Of a DNA stretch of 64,000 bases, positions 27,577-39,836 are shown in pieces. The position numbers and the translations under genes are program-made. The DNA comes from the human T2T-CHM13v2.0 reference genome, Homo sapiens. The DNA lies in the NCBI GenBank assembly GCA_009914755.4, contig CP068257.2:38880001-38944000 (forward strand), given 5' to 3'. Position 1 is the first letter of the stretch, and each line of letters starts with the position of its first letter. The notes below the pieces were generated by a model that saw only the letters and a program-made list of their open reading frames with translations, had not been told where the DNA came from and ran no database searches.

Positions 27577-28227
27577 ACCTAAAACCTTAAAATTTTACTT
27601 CATTGAGTTATAGGAAGAACATCCATCCATCATGATACAACTGTGCATGGCTTAACAGTGGGATATGTTCTGATAAGTATGTCATTAGGCAATTTCATTA
27701 TCATGCAAACACCACAGAGTGTGCTTAATGCAAACCTAGATGGCATAACCTACTACACACCTAGGCTTTACTGTGTAGCCTATTGCTCCTAAGCTACTAA
27801 CCCATACAGCATGTTACTGCATAAATATTGTAGGTAATTGGAACATAATGTTAAGTACTTCATTTCTAAATATACCAAGCATAAAAGTGGTACAATAAAA
27901 TGCGGTATTATAATCTTATGGGACTACTGTCATACATGTAGTCCGATGTTGACTGAAATGTCACTATGTGGTACATAACTGTATTTATGAATCTGGTAAT
28001 TCAAGAAAATGTCCAGATAGCCCTTTATTTTACTCTTCCTAGGCATGTGTAAATATATGACGGTGAGTGTTATGTGTGAGCTTGGCTAGGCTGTAATAAT
28101 ACCCAGTTATTTCATCAAACACGAATCTGGGTATTGCTGTGAAGGTGTTTTGTAGATATGGTTAACATCTACAATCCAGTCAATTGAGAACCTTATGAAA
28201 AAAAGTCTCAGTGCTATGGTCTGAATT

Positions 28228-28552
28228 ATTGTATCTGCCCAAAATTTGTGTTGAAATTCTTACCCACAAGGTAATGGTATTAGGAGGTGGGGATTTGAGA
28301 GCCCTCATGAACGGTATTGTGCACTCTTAAAAGACACCTGAGAGAGACCCCTTGCCCCTTTGGCCATCTGAGGATAAAGCAAGAAGGCGCTGTCTATGAA
28401 CCAGGGAGTGGGTCCTCAACAGATACTGGATGTGCTGGTGCCTTATTCTTGGATTTTTCAGCCTCCAGTAGTGTGAGGAAGAAATTTCTATTGTTTACAA
28501 GCCACCCAGTTTATGGTATTTTTGCTGTGACAGCCCAAATAGACTAAGACAC
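28228..28552 (+). mobile_element. MaLR-type LTR fragment (MST/MLT-like), + orientation.
   Basis: ...CTGCCCAAAATTTGTGTTGAAATTCTTACCCACAAGGTAATGGTATTAGGAGGTGGGGATTTGAGAG...TTTACAAGCCACCCAGTTTATGGTATTTTTGCTGTGACAGCCCAAATAGACTAAGACA matches the MaLR LTR terminus ...TTAAGCCACCCAGTCTATGGTATTTTGTTATAGCAGCCCGAATGGACTAAGACA. Confidence 0.55.
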
Positions 28553-28681
28553 CCAGAGGAGAAATTGTGACTCAAGACCATAACATAAAAATAGAAATCA
28601 TTCTTGAGCTTCCAGCCTCTTGCTTTGCCCTACAGATTACAGACATGCCAGCTCGACAATTGTGTGGGCCAATTTCTTTAA

Positions 28682-28745
28682 GTCTCTGTCTCTCTCACTC
28701 TCTCTCTCTCTCTGTGTGTGTGTATGCGTGTGTGTGTGTGTCCAT
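28682..28745. repeat. (CT)n(GT)n dinucleotide compound microsatellite.
   Basis: GTCTCTGTCTCTCTCACTCTCTCTCTCTCTCTGTGTGTGTGTATGCGTGTGTGTGTGTGTCC. Confidence 0.9.
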
Positions 28746-29388
28746 ACACATATAAAATACCCTGTTGATTATTGGTTCTAGGTAACTTGAATCACTAGGG
28801 TAGTTTAAATCAAATCATAAAACACATGACCTTCCTTCTTATAACATTCTAGACTCTAAAATTTGTTGCCCCTGACTCTTAATATAAGCACATATTTATA
28901 TTATTTCAGATCTTGCATCTATTAGAAGGCATTTAACAACTCTAAATGAATATGTTTCCTTAATGACATAATTCATTTGCCCTAAATTATATGTGAAGTA
29001 GATTAGCTTGCAATAGTGGAATAAATTGCTCCTAGAATAAATTCTAGGAGCCATAAAACTACAAACTTCCAGTTGAATTTTGGTGGTATACTTACTTGCT
29101 CTCATTCTAGAGGCACACAGGTCAGTAGTTATACCTTACTTTAAATACCATCTTTCTTCAAGAGAAAATAATTCTCTGCAATAATTATAGCAAGTCAGTT
29201 AAGAGGAGCAGGATTCAATGCAATGCTATTATCTTCCAGAAAATATGCTTTTCATGAAAGTATTTCAAAATCAAAGATTGCTGTCAACAATTTAAATGCA
29301 TTAAATATTTTTATATTTTATAGATTCTTGAGGAGGAAATAAAACACAAACACTAACGTGAGAATGGATGAAAAGTTATGTAGTGTGT

Positions 29389-29770
<382 letters not shown>

Positions 29771-29952
29771 TTAAATGGCCTTTGCTTGTTTGCTTAAAAA
29801 TATCACATGTACCCTGTAAGTATGTACAAATATTATGTATTGCTAAAAATTTAAAAATACTTTCATAGATTCTAATAAAATAAAATTTCAAACAACTTAA
29901 AAGCACTCTTTCTGTGTTTTACAATAATTCAAGAATCCCTACTGTATGTAGA

Positions 29953-30967
29953 ACAGTGTTTCTCAACCGGGGTCATTTTTGACCTTCTGATGACATTTGG
30001 TAATGCCTGGAGACATTCTTTGTTGTCACAACTGGGAGTGAGAGGGTGGGTGGTACTGACATCTAGTGGGTGGAGGCCAGGGATAATGCTAAACATCTTA
30101 AAATACACAGGACATTTCCTTTGGATGTACACTCAGGAGTGAAAGTACTGGATCATATGGTAGGTCCACTTTTAGTTTTTTGAGAAACCGCTATACTTTT
30201 TTCCGTAATGGCTTTACTAATTTTTATTCCCACCCACAGTGTGTAAGGGTTTCCTTTCTCCACATCCTCAGCAACCCTTGTTATCTTATTATATCTTTTG
30301 GATAATAGCCATTCTAACTGAAGTGAGGTGATACCTCATTGTGGTTTGGATTTGCATTTATCTGATGATTAGTGATGCTGAGAATGTTTTCATATACCTG
30401 TTGTCCATTTGTATATCTTCTTTTTAATTTTTTTTGCTGTCTTTTTGCTGTTGACCTGTTTGAGTTCCTTATGTATTCTGAATATTAACCCCTCAAATAC
30501 CACGTTTTCACTCATATGTGAAATCTAAAGTCAATCTTATAAAAATAGTGAATAGAATGGGGTAAGGAGTAGGAATAGGGAGATGGGGAGTGGAGGGTCA
30601 ATGGGTACAAAGTTAACGATGAGAAAGGAGAAGTGCTGGCGTTCTGTTGCACAGTCTGGCAACTACAGTCAACAACAAGGTACGCACATCTCAAAATAGC
30701 TGTCATAGAGGATTTTGTATGTTCCCCAGAAAGAAATGATAAATGTCTGAGGTGATGGATATGCTAATTATCCTGATTTGATCATTAAACAACGTATACA
30801 CGTTTCAAAACATTACGTTGTGCCCCATAAATAGGTACAATAATTGTGTGTCAATTAAACTTTTTAAAAAATATATTTAAAAATGCATAGGACAGTTCGC
30901 CACTCCCTCCCCGAGAAAAAGAATTATTTTGCCCAAAATGTCAATGGGTTGAGGTTGAGAAACTCTG
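29953..30967. mobile_element. Non-autonomous DNA-transposon relic (MER-type, hAT-like) bounded by 13-bp terminal inverted repeats CAGTGTTTCTCAA ... TTGAGAAACTCTG. It is split by a later L1 fragment insertion at 30105-30885.
   Basis: Left end 29953 CAGTGTTTCTCAACCGGGGTCATTTTTGACC...GACATTTGGTAATGCCTGGAGACATTCTTTGTTGTCACAACTGGGAG...GGTGGAGGCCAGGGATAATGCTAAACATCTTAAAATACACAGGACA. Right end ...TTTTGCCCAAAATGTCAATGGGTTGAGGTTGAGAAACTCTG at 30967. This resembles a common human MER DNA-element consensus (GTGTTTCTCAAACTG...TGTCAATAGTGCTGAGGTTGAGAAACCCTG). The exact family name was not verified. Confidence 0.45.
30105..30885 (+). mobile_element. L1 fragment (end of ORF2 plus 3' UTR, with internal deletion), nested in the DNA-transposon relic.
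   Basis: ...GGATCATATGGTAGGTCCACTTTTAGTTTTTTGAGAAACCGCTATACTTTTTTCCGTAATGGCTTTACTAATTTTTATTCCCACCCACAGTGTGTAAGGGTTTCCTTTCTCCACATCCTCAGCAACC... resembles L1 ORF2. The 3' UTR follows (...GGGAGTGGAGGGTCAATGGGTACAAAGTTAACGATGAGAAAGGAG...GAGGTGATGGATATGCTAATTATCCTGATTTGATCATTAAACAACGTATACACGTTTCAAAACATTACGTTGTGCCCCATAAATAGGTACAATAATTGTGTGTCAATTAAA). Confidence 0.8.
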
Positions 30968-32039
30968 CTATAGAACAAAGCTAGGCATAAGGTATGTGTT
31001 TCCCATTGGCATGTGCCGTATTAAGGAGTGAGATAGAAATCTTTATTAAAGTAAGGCCAATATAAGCAGTTAGTAGACAGAAACCCAGTACAAACTCAGA
31101 GTAAATGGTGTTGTTCTCCTTAGGAGAAGAGCTAAGCAAACAAAGCCCATTTCAGCTCAGTTACCATGTGCTGACACAAATCCACAACAAGGGATAATAG
31201 CAAAGCAATTCGTTCCACTTGATTATAGTTCATTTTGCTCAACAGGAAAGTCAGATTTGATGTTCATGATCATCAGGCATAAATCCTACAAAATGTATTT
31301 AATAAGAATGCAATGTATTTTTAACTGCCTTCATTAATTTGATTGTCCCCCCTTTAAAACAATAAATAATGACTAAATCTAGGTCACGTTTTCTCTTTGG
31401 GCCTTGGCTCCTCAGTTTCAAAAGTGGAGAGTTCTACTCTGTGAGTCCTTTAGTTCATGAATCCTTGCTGATGCAGGATACATATTTTTTTCCTTGAAAG
31501 GGAAACAGAATTGATCAGCTGATAGGTGTGATCGTCATGAGCAAAACAAACTTCGCTTTAAGAAGTTATCAAATCTCTGTATCTAAAGAGAATTTTCGTC
31601 AAGAGTTTTCGAGATTCAGATGCCAAATCTTCCTGTTTCCATTCGCAACTCCATCAACTCTATCTTGCCACCTTGCTGCCCAGAGTTGAAAGCAGCCTGG
31701 TACTCAGGGCAGGGAAGGCAGAAGCACATGTAATTGTCACATGCGGTAGGAATCAATAATCGACAACATAATGACATTCAATGAACAATTTACACTGAAG
31801 GTAAATAAATTGTTGATTTCATGTTTCGCTTACACATAGTGCAAAGAGCTCTTCACCACGGCTCTGGTGATGAAGGCTTTGTATTTATTAATTTTGTTGA
31901 CCTTGGAGAAATAACTTTACTCCTCTATTGGAGTTTCCTATTGAGTAATGCTGGCAGACACCTAGACACTTCATAATTTTAAAAAATGCATACTTTCTAA
32001 TTAATGAAGGAATAGTGATACAGAAGCGGGCAGGGAAGT

Positions 32040-32850
32040 GTTGGGTAGAGGAGGTTGTGGTCCCTGACTAGGGCTCTACTCCCAGGCCTGTGCCCACGGA
32101 CCTAGGTGAAGGCAGACATTTCTGTTTTTGTGCCCAAATATTGCAATTCCCAAGACCACCCTGGCCTGCCATGCCCCCATCCTGTGCCTATAAAAACCCC
32201 GAGACTCTAGCGGGCACGCACACAAGCAGCTGGATGTTGAGAGGAACACATCAGTGGAAAAAGACACAAGTGGCTGGACTTCGGGAGGAATGCACCGGCC
32301 TAAGAGCACACCGACAGAAGCCAGCAGGCCAGCAGGCCATTGACCGGTGAATGCCGCAGAGTTTCGGGGAGGCAGAGGGAGGAGAGCCCTGGTGGCTGAG
32401 CGGCCCAACTCCAGGGGAAAACCACCTTACCACTCCATCTCCCTTCTGGCTCCCCCATCTGCTGAGAGCTTCTTCCACTCAACAAAACCTTGCACTCATT
32501 CTCCAAGCCCAGGTGTGATCTGATTCTTCTGGTACAGCAAAGCAAGAAATCCTGGGATACAGAAAAGCCCTCTGTCTTTGTGATAAGGCAGGAGTCTAAT
32601 TGATCTGATACGCACAAGCCACCTGCACATGCTAAACCAATAGAGCACACAGTAACACACAAACACACACACACACACACACTGGGGCCTCAGGAGCTGT
32701 AAACATTCACCTCTAGACGCTGCCATGGGGTCGGAGTCACCACAGCCTGCCTGTCTGTATGCCCTCTCCTGAAAGTTTGAGCAGTGAGGCACCGAAAACA
32801 CGAGCCACACCCCCATCACACACCCTGAGAGGGGGACAAAGGGACTTTTC
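32040..32850 (+). mobile_element. ERV-class LTR-like element (candidate solo LTR) with TATA box CCTATAAAAACC at ~32188-32199 and a degenerate poly-A signal ACTCAACAAAACCTTGCACTCATTCTCC at ~32478. Boundaries and family are uncertain.
   Basis: A GC-rich island (AGCGGGCACGCACACAAGCAGCTGG just downstream of the TATA box) is followed by a ...CTCAA(C/T)AAAACCTTGC...CCAGGTGTGATC... block typical of retroviral R/U5 regions. An internal (CA)n sits at 32656-32682. Overlapping ORFs on both strands here are GC-driven noise. Confidence 0.4.
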
Positions 32851-33589
32851 CCATTTCAACAGTATCTTAAGAACTTGAGTGAATGTGTGAGCTTGATTTG
32901 ATGAAAGAAATTCGGCTTATAACAAAAAATGCCAGTAGCTACCATTTAAACAATCTTAGTGGCAGTTGGGTCCTTAAGAAAATTTATTTATTTATTTATT
33001 TTAAACAACCAGATCTCATGAGAGCTAAGAAAATTTAGATCATGAGCAACTTAAAGTTAGAATTTTCATGAACAAATTTTTCAAAATTTTAATCTGTCAT
33101 TTTCCAATCTAATAGCACATAAAAATCTAAAATTTGGAAAATTAACAGATTTTCCGAAACCTTTATTTTTCGTTAATGAGAGAACACCACAGGATAATTC
33201 TCTTTTTTTTCCTTTTCTATGTTTTTATTTTTAAACTTGTCCTTTTTCTTTGCTTGATAAAGTAATTTAAAATATTAGATATTCCTTAAAAGGTTGAATA
33301 GAAAAAGTTATATTACATAAAATCTTAAGTGCTTATATACATATATAAACACTTTACATAGAGTTAAGATTTTTCAGCGCTTTCTGTGTTATCATGTATT
33401 AACAATCAATACAAACTCTTGGTACACATGTCTGCTAAACATAGAATCTGGACAAGTCAACTAATTCATTCTTTTTTTGCTTGAGTTTTCTGGTCAAGAA
33501 TGACTTTATAATAGACTCAGGGAAAACTTTTTTTAAAAAGTAGAGAAAGACAAATTCTTTTTGGGAAATGCAGTATTAAAAAATTCACA

Positions 33590-33948
<359 letters not shown>

Positions 33949-35564
33949 TTACACCAGTGATATGCTAGAAAGATTTCAGAAAGGCTCATCATAACTTTAT
34001 AAATAAATCTGTTCATACTACTTGTGTTTTTACATACTGTTGAGTCCCAAAAGTGGATTTTATTTGTGACGTATTTAATTCATGGCAAGTATATACATAT
34101 AATACAGCATTACATAAATATACTTGGAAACAACAAAAACTAAACTTGAAAATGATGCCATTCCTCCAGTTTTTGGAGAATGAGGCATGTCTTCCTCTTT
34201 TCTGTCTAGCAGTGGACAGTGGTATAGTCAGAACCAGGTTAAAACAGATGTGGTCAGGGACCAAAAGAGTGTGTGTGAGGGCCCTGTAAGCAGCTACACC
34301 ACGGGGGTTCATCATACAAAGTGGGTCTTTGTGTTACAGATCTCCAATGTCATGAAACAAACATTCTTTAAGTGAGAAGAACAATTATACATTGCTGATA
34401 AACACTTCCGTGAATGTATCAAATGATTTGCTAAGATATTAAAACTAGTAACTTTTCAGAGTAATTTGGTTTCCATCAAGAAGCCTTCTGTGCAAGGAGG
34501 AAATAGCCACTCTCAATGTCTTGGATCCAAGAAACTACTTATTTGTCACCATTTTCTCTTTTCTCCTGTTAAAGAACAAGGACTTTAAAATTAGACAGAC
34601 TCAGCTCCCAGCTATATGGTCTCAGAAAATTCACTTAATGTTTTGAGGTACCCTCATTTCAGTCTCAGCCAAGAGGGCTCCTACTGAAAACCCCTGTGGC
34701 CTTCCATCTGAGAACCTTCTCTTGGCCAGCAAACAAGACAGAGCATGAACAGACCTCAGCCATAGATAAGGTGGGCTCCTGGTATCTCAGACATGATCAT
34801 TTGAAGTGTACTGTACCAAATCTCTCGGGGGCCCCAGGTGGGACTGAACCCCAGTTTCCCACACCAATAAACTGCTGGACAACACCCTCTCTACTGACTT
34901 CTTTTCTTTCCCATGTCCGTTCCCCAATTTCCTAGGATACTTTCTGGGCCTGCCTCTGAAAGAAGTTCCTTACACTCAAATTCTTGTCTAGGATCTTGCT
35001 TCTCGGGGAGCCCAGCGTCAGAGGCTCCCATCAACCTCCCAGCTGGAGCTGGCCCCCAGAGGCAGAGCTATAACTCTGCCTCCAGCTGGGTGGTTCACAC
35101 CTAAACCCTCTGAGCACTTTGCAGAACTTAGTTTTTTTCAGGGCAAGTACTTAGCAGAGAGGAGAAGGTGGGAATATTGTTCATGCCTTGTTTGTGACTT
35201 ACCACAAGGCCAAGCCTTTCAGGGACATGTCACTCCCTCAAATGAAACCCACTTTTATTTGGCTTATTCAGGGAGAAGGGGGTGAAGGCTACTCAGAGGG
35301 CTCCATCCAAGCCTTAACTGACACAGGTGCTGCAATGAGAATATGAAACTGGATGCCTTCCCCTTTTCAGGTGTGTAGAAGACAAGGACATCTGCCAAAA
35401 GAGGATGGGGTGAGAGATGGCATGGTAGGTGAGGCCGGGGGGTGGGATTCAGGGAGATAATGAGAGCCCTCGAGGTAACTTCGGGCTGGCCAGGAACTTT
35501 GCTTATCAGATTTTTGCAGCAGTTTGAAGAGAACCATTAGGGCACTTCAACAGAGGCCTGAATA

Positions 35565-35700
35565 CATTAGTTAGCTTGATTGTGGCACTCAGTTCACAGT
35601 ATATACATATATCAAAACATTGTGTTATATAATTTAAATACAGAGCACTTTTATTTGTCAAAATCAATTAGTTAATTAAGAAAAAAAAAACAGAGCTCTG
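35565..35700 (+). mobile_element. Short L1 3'-end fragment.
   Basis: TTAGCTTGATTGTGGCACTCAGTTCACAGTATATACATATATCAAAACATTGTGTTATATAATTTAAATACAGAGCACTTTTATTTGTCAAAATCAATTAGTTAATTAAG(A)10 matches the L1 3' UTR end (...TTAGCTTGATTGTGGTAATCATTTCACAATGTATACGTATATCAAAACATCACATTGTACACCTTAAATATATACAATTTTTATTTGTCAATTATACCTCAATAAA). Confidence 0.65.
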
Positions 35701-36469
35701 GATTTGATCCTGAGTCACTTTCTCAGTGGTACAAAATATGCTGGCAGGGGAGCTATTTCTAAGAATGATGCTCAGAGCTTTGGAGCCAGGAGGTCAAGGT
35801 GCTTCCCTGGCCTGTGTTCCTGAGCCCCTGCAAAGTTAGCAGCATTTGCACTGCCTGGTGTGGCTTAAAGTCCCTGCCCTGCTGTTCCATCCCTCTGATC
35901 TTTCCAAGCAGGTGGCTCTGGCCTCTGTGTCTCTTTAGGGCATTTGCTCTGTTAAGCTCCATTTTTCTCTGACCTTCCTATTCCTGATAGTGTCCCTATA
36001 TGGACATACAGGTGAAGCTCTCACTTCCTAAATGCTTCCAGCCACACTGCCTTCAGACAAAATCTACCCCATGTATGGTAGATGCCAAAAATAGCCATAA
36101 TCCTCCATGTCTCCAAGTATCATAGCCTTTACAATGATCTTCACAACTCCTCCTATCAAGTCCCATAGTCTTCTTCTCCACTCTAGCCACATGGGGCATC
36201 TTTGTATTTCACATTGGCCCACAGAATGTGAAAGAAGTTGCTGTGTACCAGCACTGAGTCTAAGCTTCTGCACACTCTCTCTCTGAAACCTACTGAGCTA
36301 CCATGTGAGGTAGTCTAGGGTTGCCTGCTGGACAACAGGAAACAATGATCCAGTTCTCCTTATCTTCCTAACACATAGCTGGCAACCAACCCCAGGAGAA
36401 GAGCCACCTCTCTGACAGGCAGCTGCTCATAAACTCATGACTGAACCTAGCTGACAGCAGAAGAACCAC

Positions 36470-36600
36470 CCAACTGAGCTCAGCCTAAATTGCCAGTTCA
36501 CACAATCATGAACTAGACAAATAGCCATTGTTCTAAGCCACTAAGTTTTGAAGTAGTTTGTTATACAGTAATAAATAACAGATACACCCTGGAATAAATC
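36470..36600 (+). mobile_element. Possible MaLR/MLT-type LTR 3'-terminal fragment.
   Basis: ...GTTCTAAGCCACTAAGTTTTGAAGTAGTTTGTTATACAGTAATAAATAACAGATACACC resembles the MaLR terminal motif TTAAGCCACTAAGTTTGTGGTAATTTGTTACAGCAGCAATAGAAAACTAATACA. Confidence 0.35.
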
Positions 36601-37654
36601 CAGTATAATTATATTGCAGTGCCTGTTTCTGCTGTCATTGCTACTGGTGCAAAGGAAACATGAAGCTCACCCTTGCCTCTGGAGGAAGAACCGTGGGTGA
36701 AATCCTGAGACAGAAACCCTGTATGCGGCTCTCCTTTTATCTGAAGACCACCCGCCTCATAGCTGTGGAAACAGGAGCGGATGCTCTAATCATGCCACTA
36801 GTCATCTCCAGGAGTTCTGCCATGTAAGGTAACCTGGTCTGGCTGCCATCCATCATCTCTGTGTCTCAAAATATCACAGCTCCTTTTTAAACCTCAAAGC
36901 CAAAAAGCAAACCTTTCAACACTGGGGTGGTTCAGTGCCCAAAACCATAGTATTTCTACCATGTTCTGATGATGACTTCATAAATCATCATTGATTTAAT
37001 TTCACAAAGCTCTCCATGACATAAGCACAGCCATAGCCACAGTCCTGACCCATATTTAATGGTGAAATTCAAGAATCTACTATGTGTTGGGATTCTCCTC
37101 TTTCCTCCTCTGTGTGGCTCAAATAAGGCATAAGAGACACAAAGCGAGATTCATCATATTAACTTAAGGAATAAAGTGGCTTCCTCTGAGAACTTGGCCT
37201 CCAGTTCTCATAATATACTATATTATACTCCATTATAGTAATTACTGGCCTGTTATTTTGTTATACATTATTATACATAGAGTGTGTAGAAATGTTTTAT
37301 AAATAGAATAATGCATAGCCATTGCCCTGAATTTTCTAGAACAGCACTAATTTAAAATATTCCTTCCAGTAAATACTGGATATTGCTCTTCCTTGAGCCA
37401 AGAATTTCTTCTACTTCAATCGTCATGTCTGTGACATTTGCTAGCACCATAGTCTCATACTGTTGGTAAATTTTGTACAAGTGCATCTTGTCTTTCTAAC
37501 TAACTGGTCTATTCCTTAAGGTCACAAGCCTTGAGGGATGGCTTTATACGTCCCTACTCCTCCACTGCCAGGTACTCCATCTGTCCTTTGTTTTTGCTCA
37601 GTTGGCCTCAGTAACTCACCTGCTAAGTCATTGTCTCTGCTTTCAGAATCCTAG

Positions 37655-38057
<403 letters not shown>

Positions 38058-39741
38058 TAGGCTTTCCATTTTTAGCCCCTCCTCTTCCTCAAAGCATTCC
38101 ATGGCACTCCCCTCTGGGAAGTTTCTCCAGTAAGGCAGTGATCACTGTGCTCTCCAGTGCTAAGAGGCGCTGGCATGCATCTGCCATTGGTTTTACATGT
38201 TACTATTACAAAACAGGGTGCTGTTTCTTAGTGGCCGTTAAATAGTTTTACCTTTGCACAGGAATCATATTTGCACTATTAGCTTGTGTTTATTAGGAGC
38301 AACCTTAACTGCAAAGTCTTGGATCCTTACAATGTGTTTCAAAAGCACATGGACCTCCTTCATAGTTGGTATGGAGCAGATCAAAGGTCTGCATCCCATC
38401 CTCAGAGACTCACAGTCCCTTCTGCTTGTCAAAGGATATTGCACCATCATGTCCCTCATATCAGCACCTGCCTGGACCATAATATGATTGGATGAGAAAT
38501 GTTCAAGGTAAATTTTTAAGTATTTTTAGCTCTTTCCATATAAGAATGTTCCAGACGTGACTTTGAGTTTGGAAGAATGTACATAACCACCTTCAGAACC
38601 TCCTTTTCTTTTTAGATGAAATCTCTTTTATTATAAAATATCAGAGAATTAGCATAACTCTTGGCTATCTATCCCTCGGGTATCCCTCTTTCTTTCCTTT
38701 CTGCAAGAAAAGCAAAACTAAGAACCTTTATTTACTTAGAAAGTCAGTTACAGGAGGCAATAAAGTTTATGGGAACAGGCTTGTCGTTGCTTATTTCCCA
38801 TTGACCCCAGCAATACTTTGGAGAAACAATTTCTATGTCACAGATATATTGCTTTAACTCTAAGGGTGCTGTTTATTTCAAGAGATGCCTTAACATGATG
38901 AAATAATAAGAACTGAACACCTTATACAATTGCCCTGGGCTCACATCTCAGTTGCTCTCTGCTGTAGCTCCACACTGCCCCCAGAAGTGACTTGTCCAAA
39001 CCAAGTGCACCATTCCATGGTCATTGTACGACAGACACAAACTCAGTACAAAGAAACACCATTGACTCCTCCTGATTTGGTTTTCTTTTTAGAATAATTT
39101 TCTTACCCAGGAACTGAAACTCCATTTATTGTTTAAGTCACATACAGATTTGATAAGCTCTCTTTTCTCAATTTGACTTTTGTTGATAAACAAAACTACA
39201 GGTTAAAAAAAGTTTTTAAATATTCACAAAAAATAATTTTCAGCCCTTCAGTTGACTGGTTGTCTACAAGTTGTCTTTTGGGAGCTCTGATAACAGGTGG
39301 TGTCTTGAACTGAGTTTACACTGAAAGTAAATGCTCTATCCCATTCTGTGTCATGATAAGACAATTCTGAGCAATTGCATATCCACCCTATAGAAAGACT
39401 CAAGTGCTTGGCTAATTTAAAATGACAAATAACCTAAAATAAGTTCTATTTGACATTAAAATGCTCTAAGAAAATATTTTTTCTCATCTATAGAGACAGT
39501 TTTCCTCTCACTTGGAAATCCCAGGACACTTCAGAATCCACCTATGGAATACCAAACCACCCTTTCTCCACCCTAAACCCACATTTCCTCAGGCCCCTCC
39601 TAGAGCCACAGTTTCCACCACCCACCCCATCGCTCGATAAGGGAGTCACAACATCCTCCCTGTTTTCTTCACTCTGTCCACATCCGTGGTGTCCATCAAA
39701 GCTACATGCCTCTTTGCCATAACATCTCTCAGCCCTGCCTG

Positions 39742-39836
39742 TCCATCCATCCATCCATCCATCCATCCATCCATCCATTCAACCATCCATCCATCCATCC
39801 ATCCATCCATCCATCCATCCATCCAACCATCCATTC
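39742..39836. repeat. (TCCA)n / (CCAT)n tetranucleotide microsatellite, ~24 units with sporadic TTCA/CCAA variants.
   Basis: GTCCATCCATCCATCCATCCATCCATCCATCCATTCAACCATCCATCCATCCATCCATCCATCCATCCATCCATCCAACCATCCATTCAGG. The ORF-track peptides (PSIH)n and (WMDG)n at 39646-39943 are its translations. Confidence 0.95.

Noticed and set aside
32180-32200. TATA boxes, -10/-35-like hexamers and rho-independent-terminator-like hairpins across the window as prokaryotic regulatory features.
   Set aside because: Bacterial promoter and terminator models are meaningless in a primate nuclear context. AT-rich DNA yields many chance TATAAT/TTGACA matches. Only the LTR-associated TATA at ~32190 is mentioned, as a eukaryotic Pol II signal.
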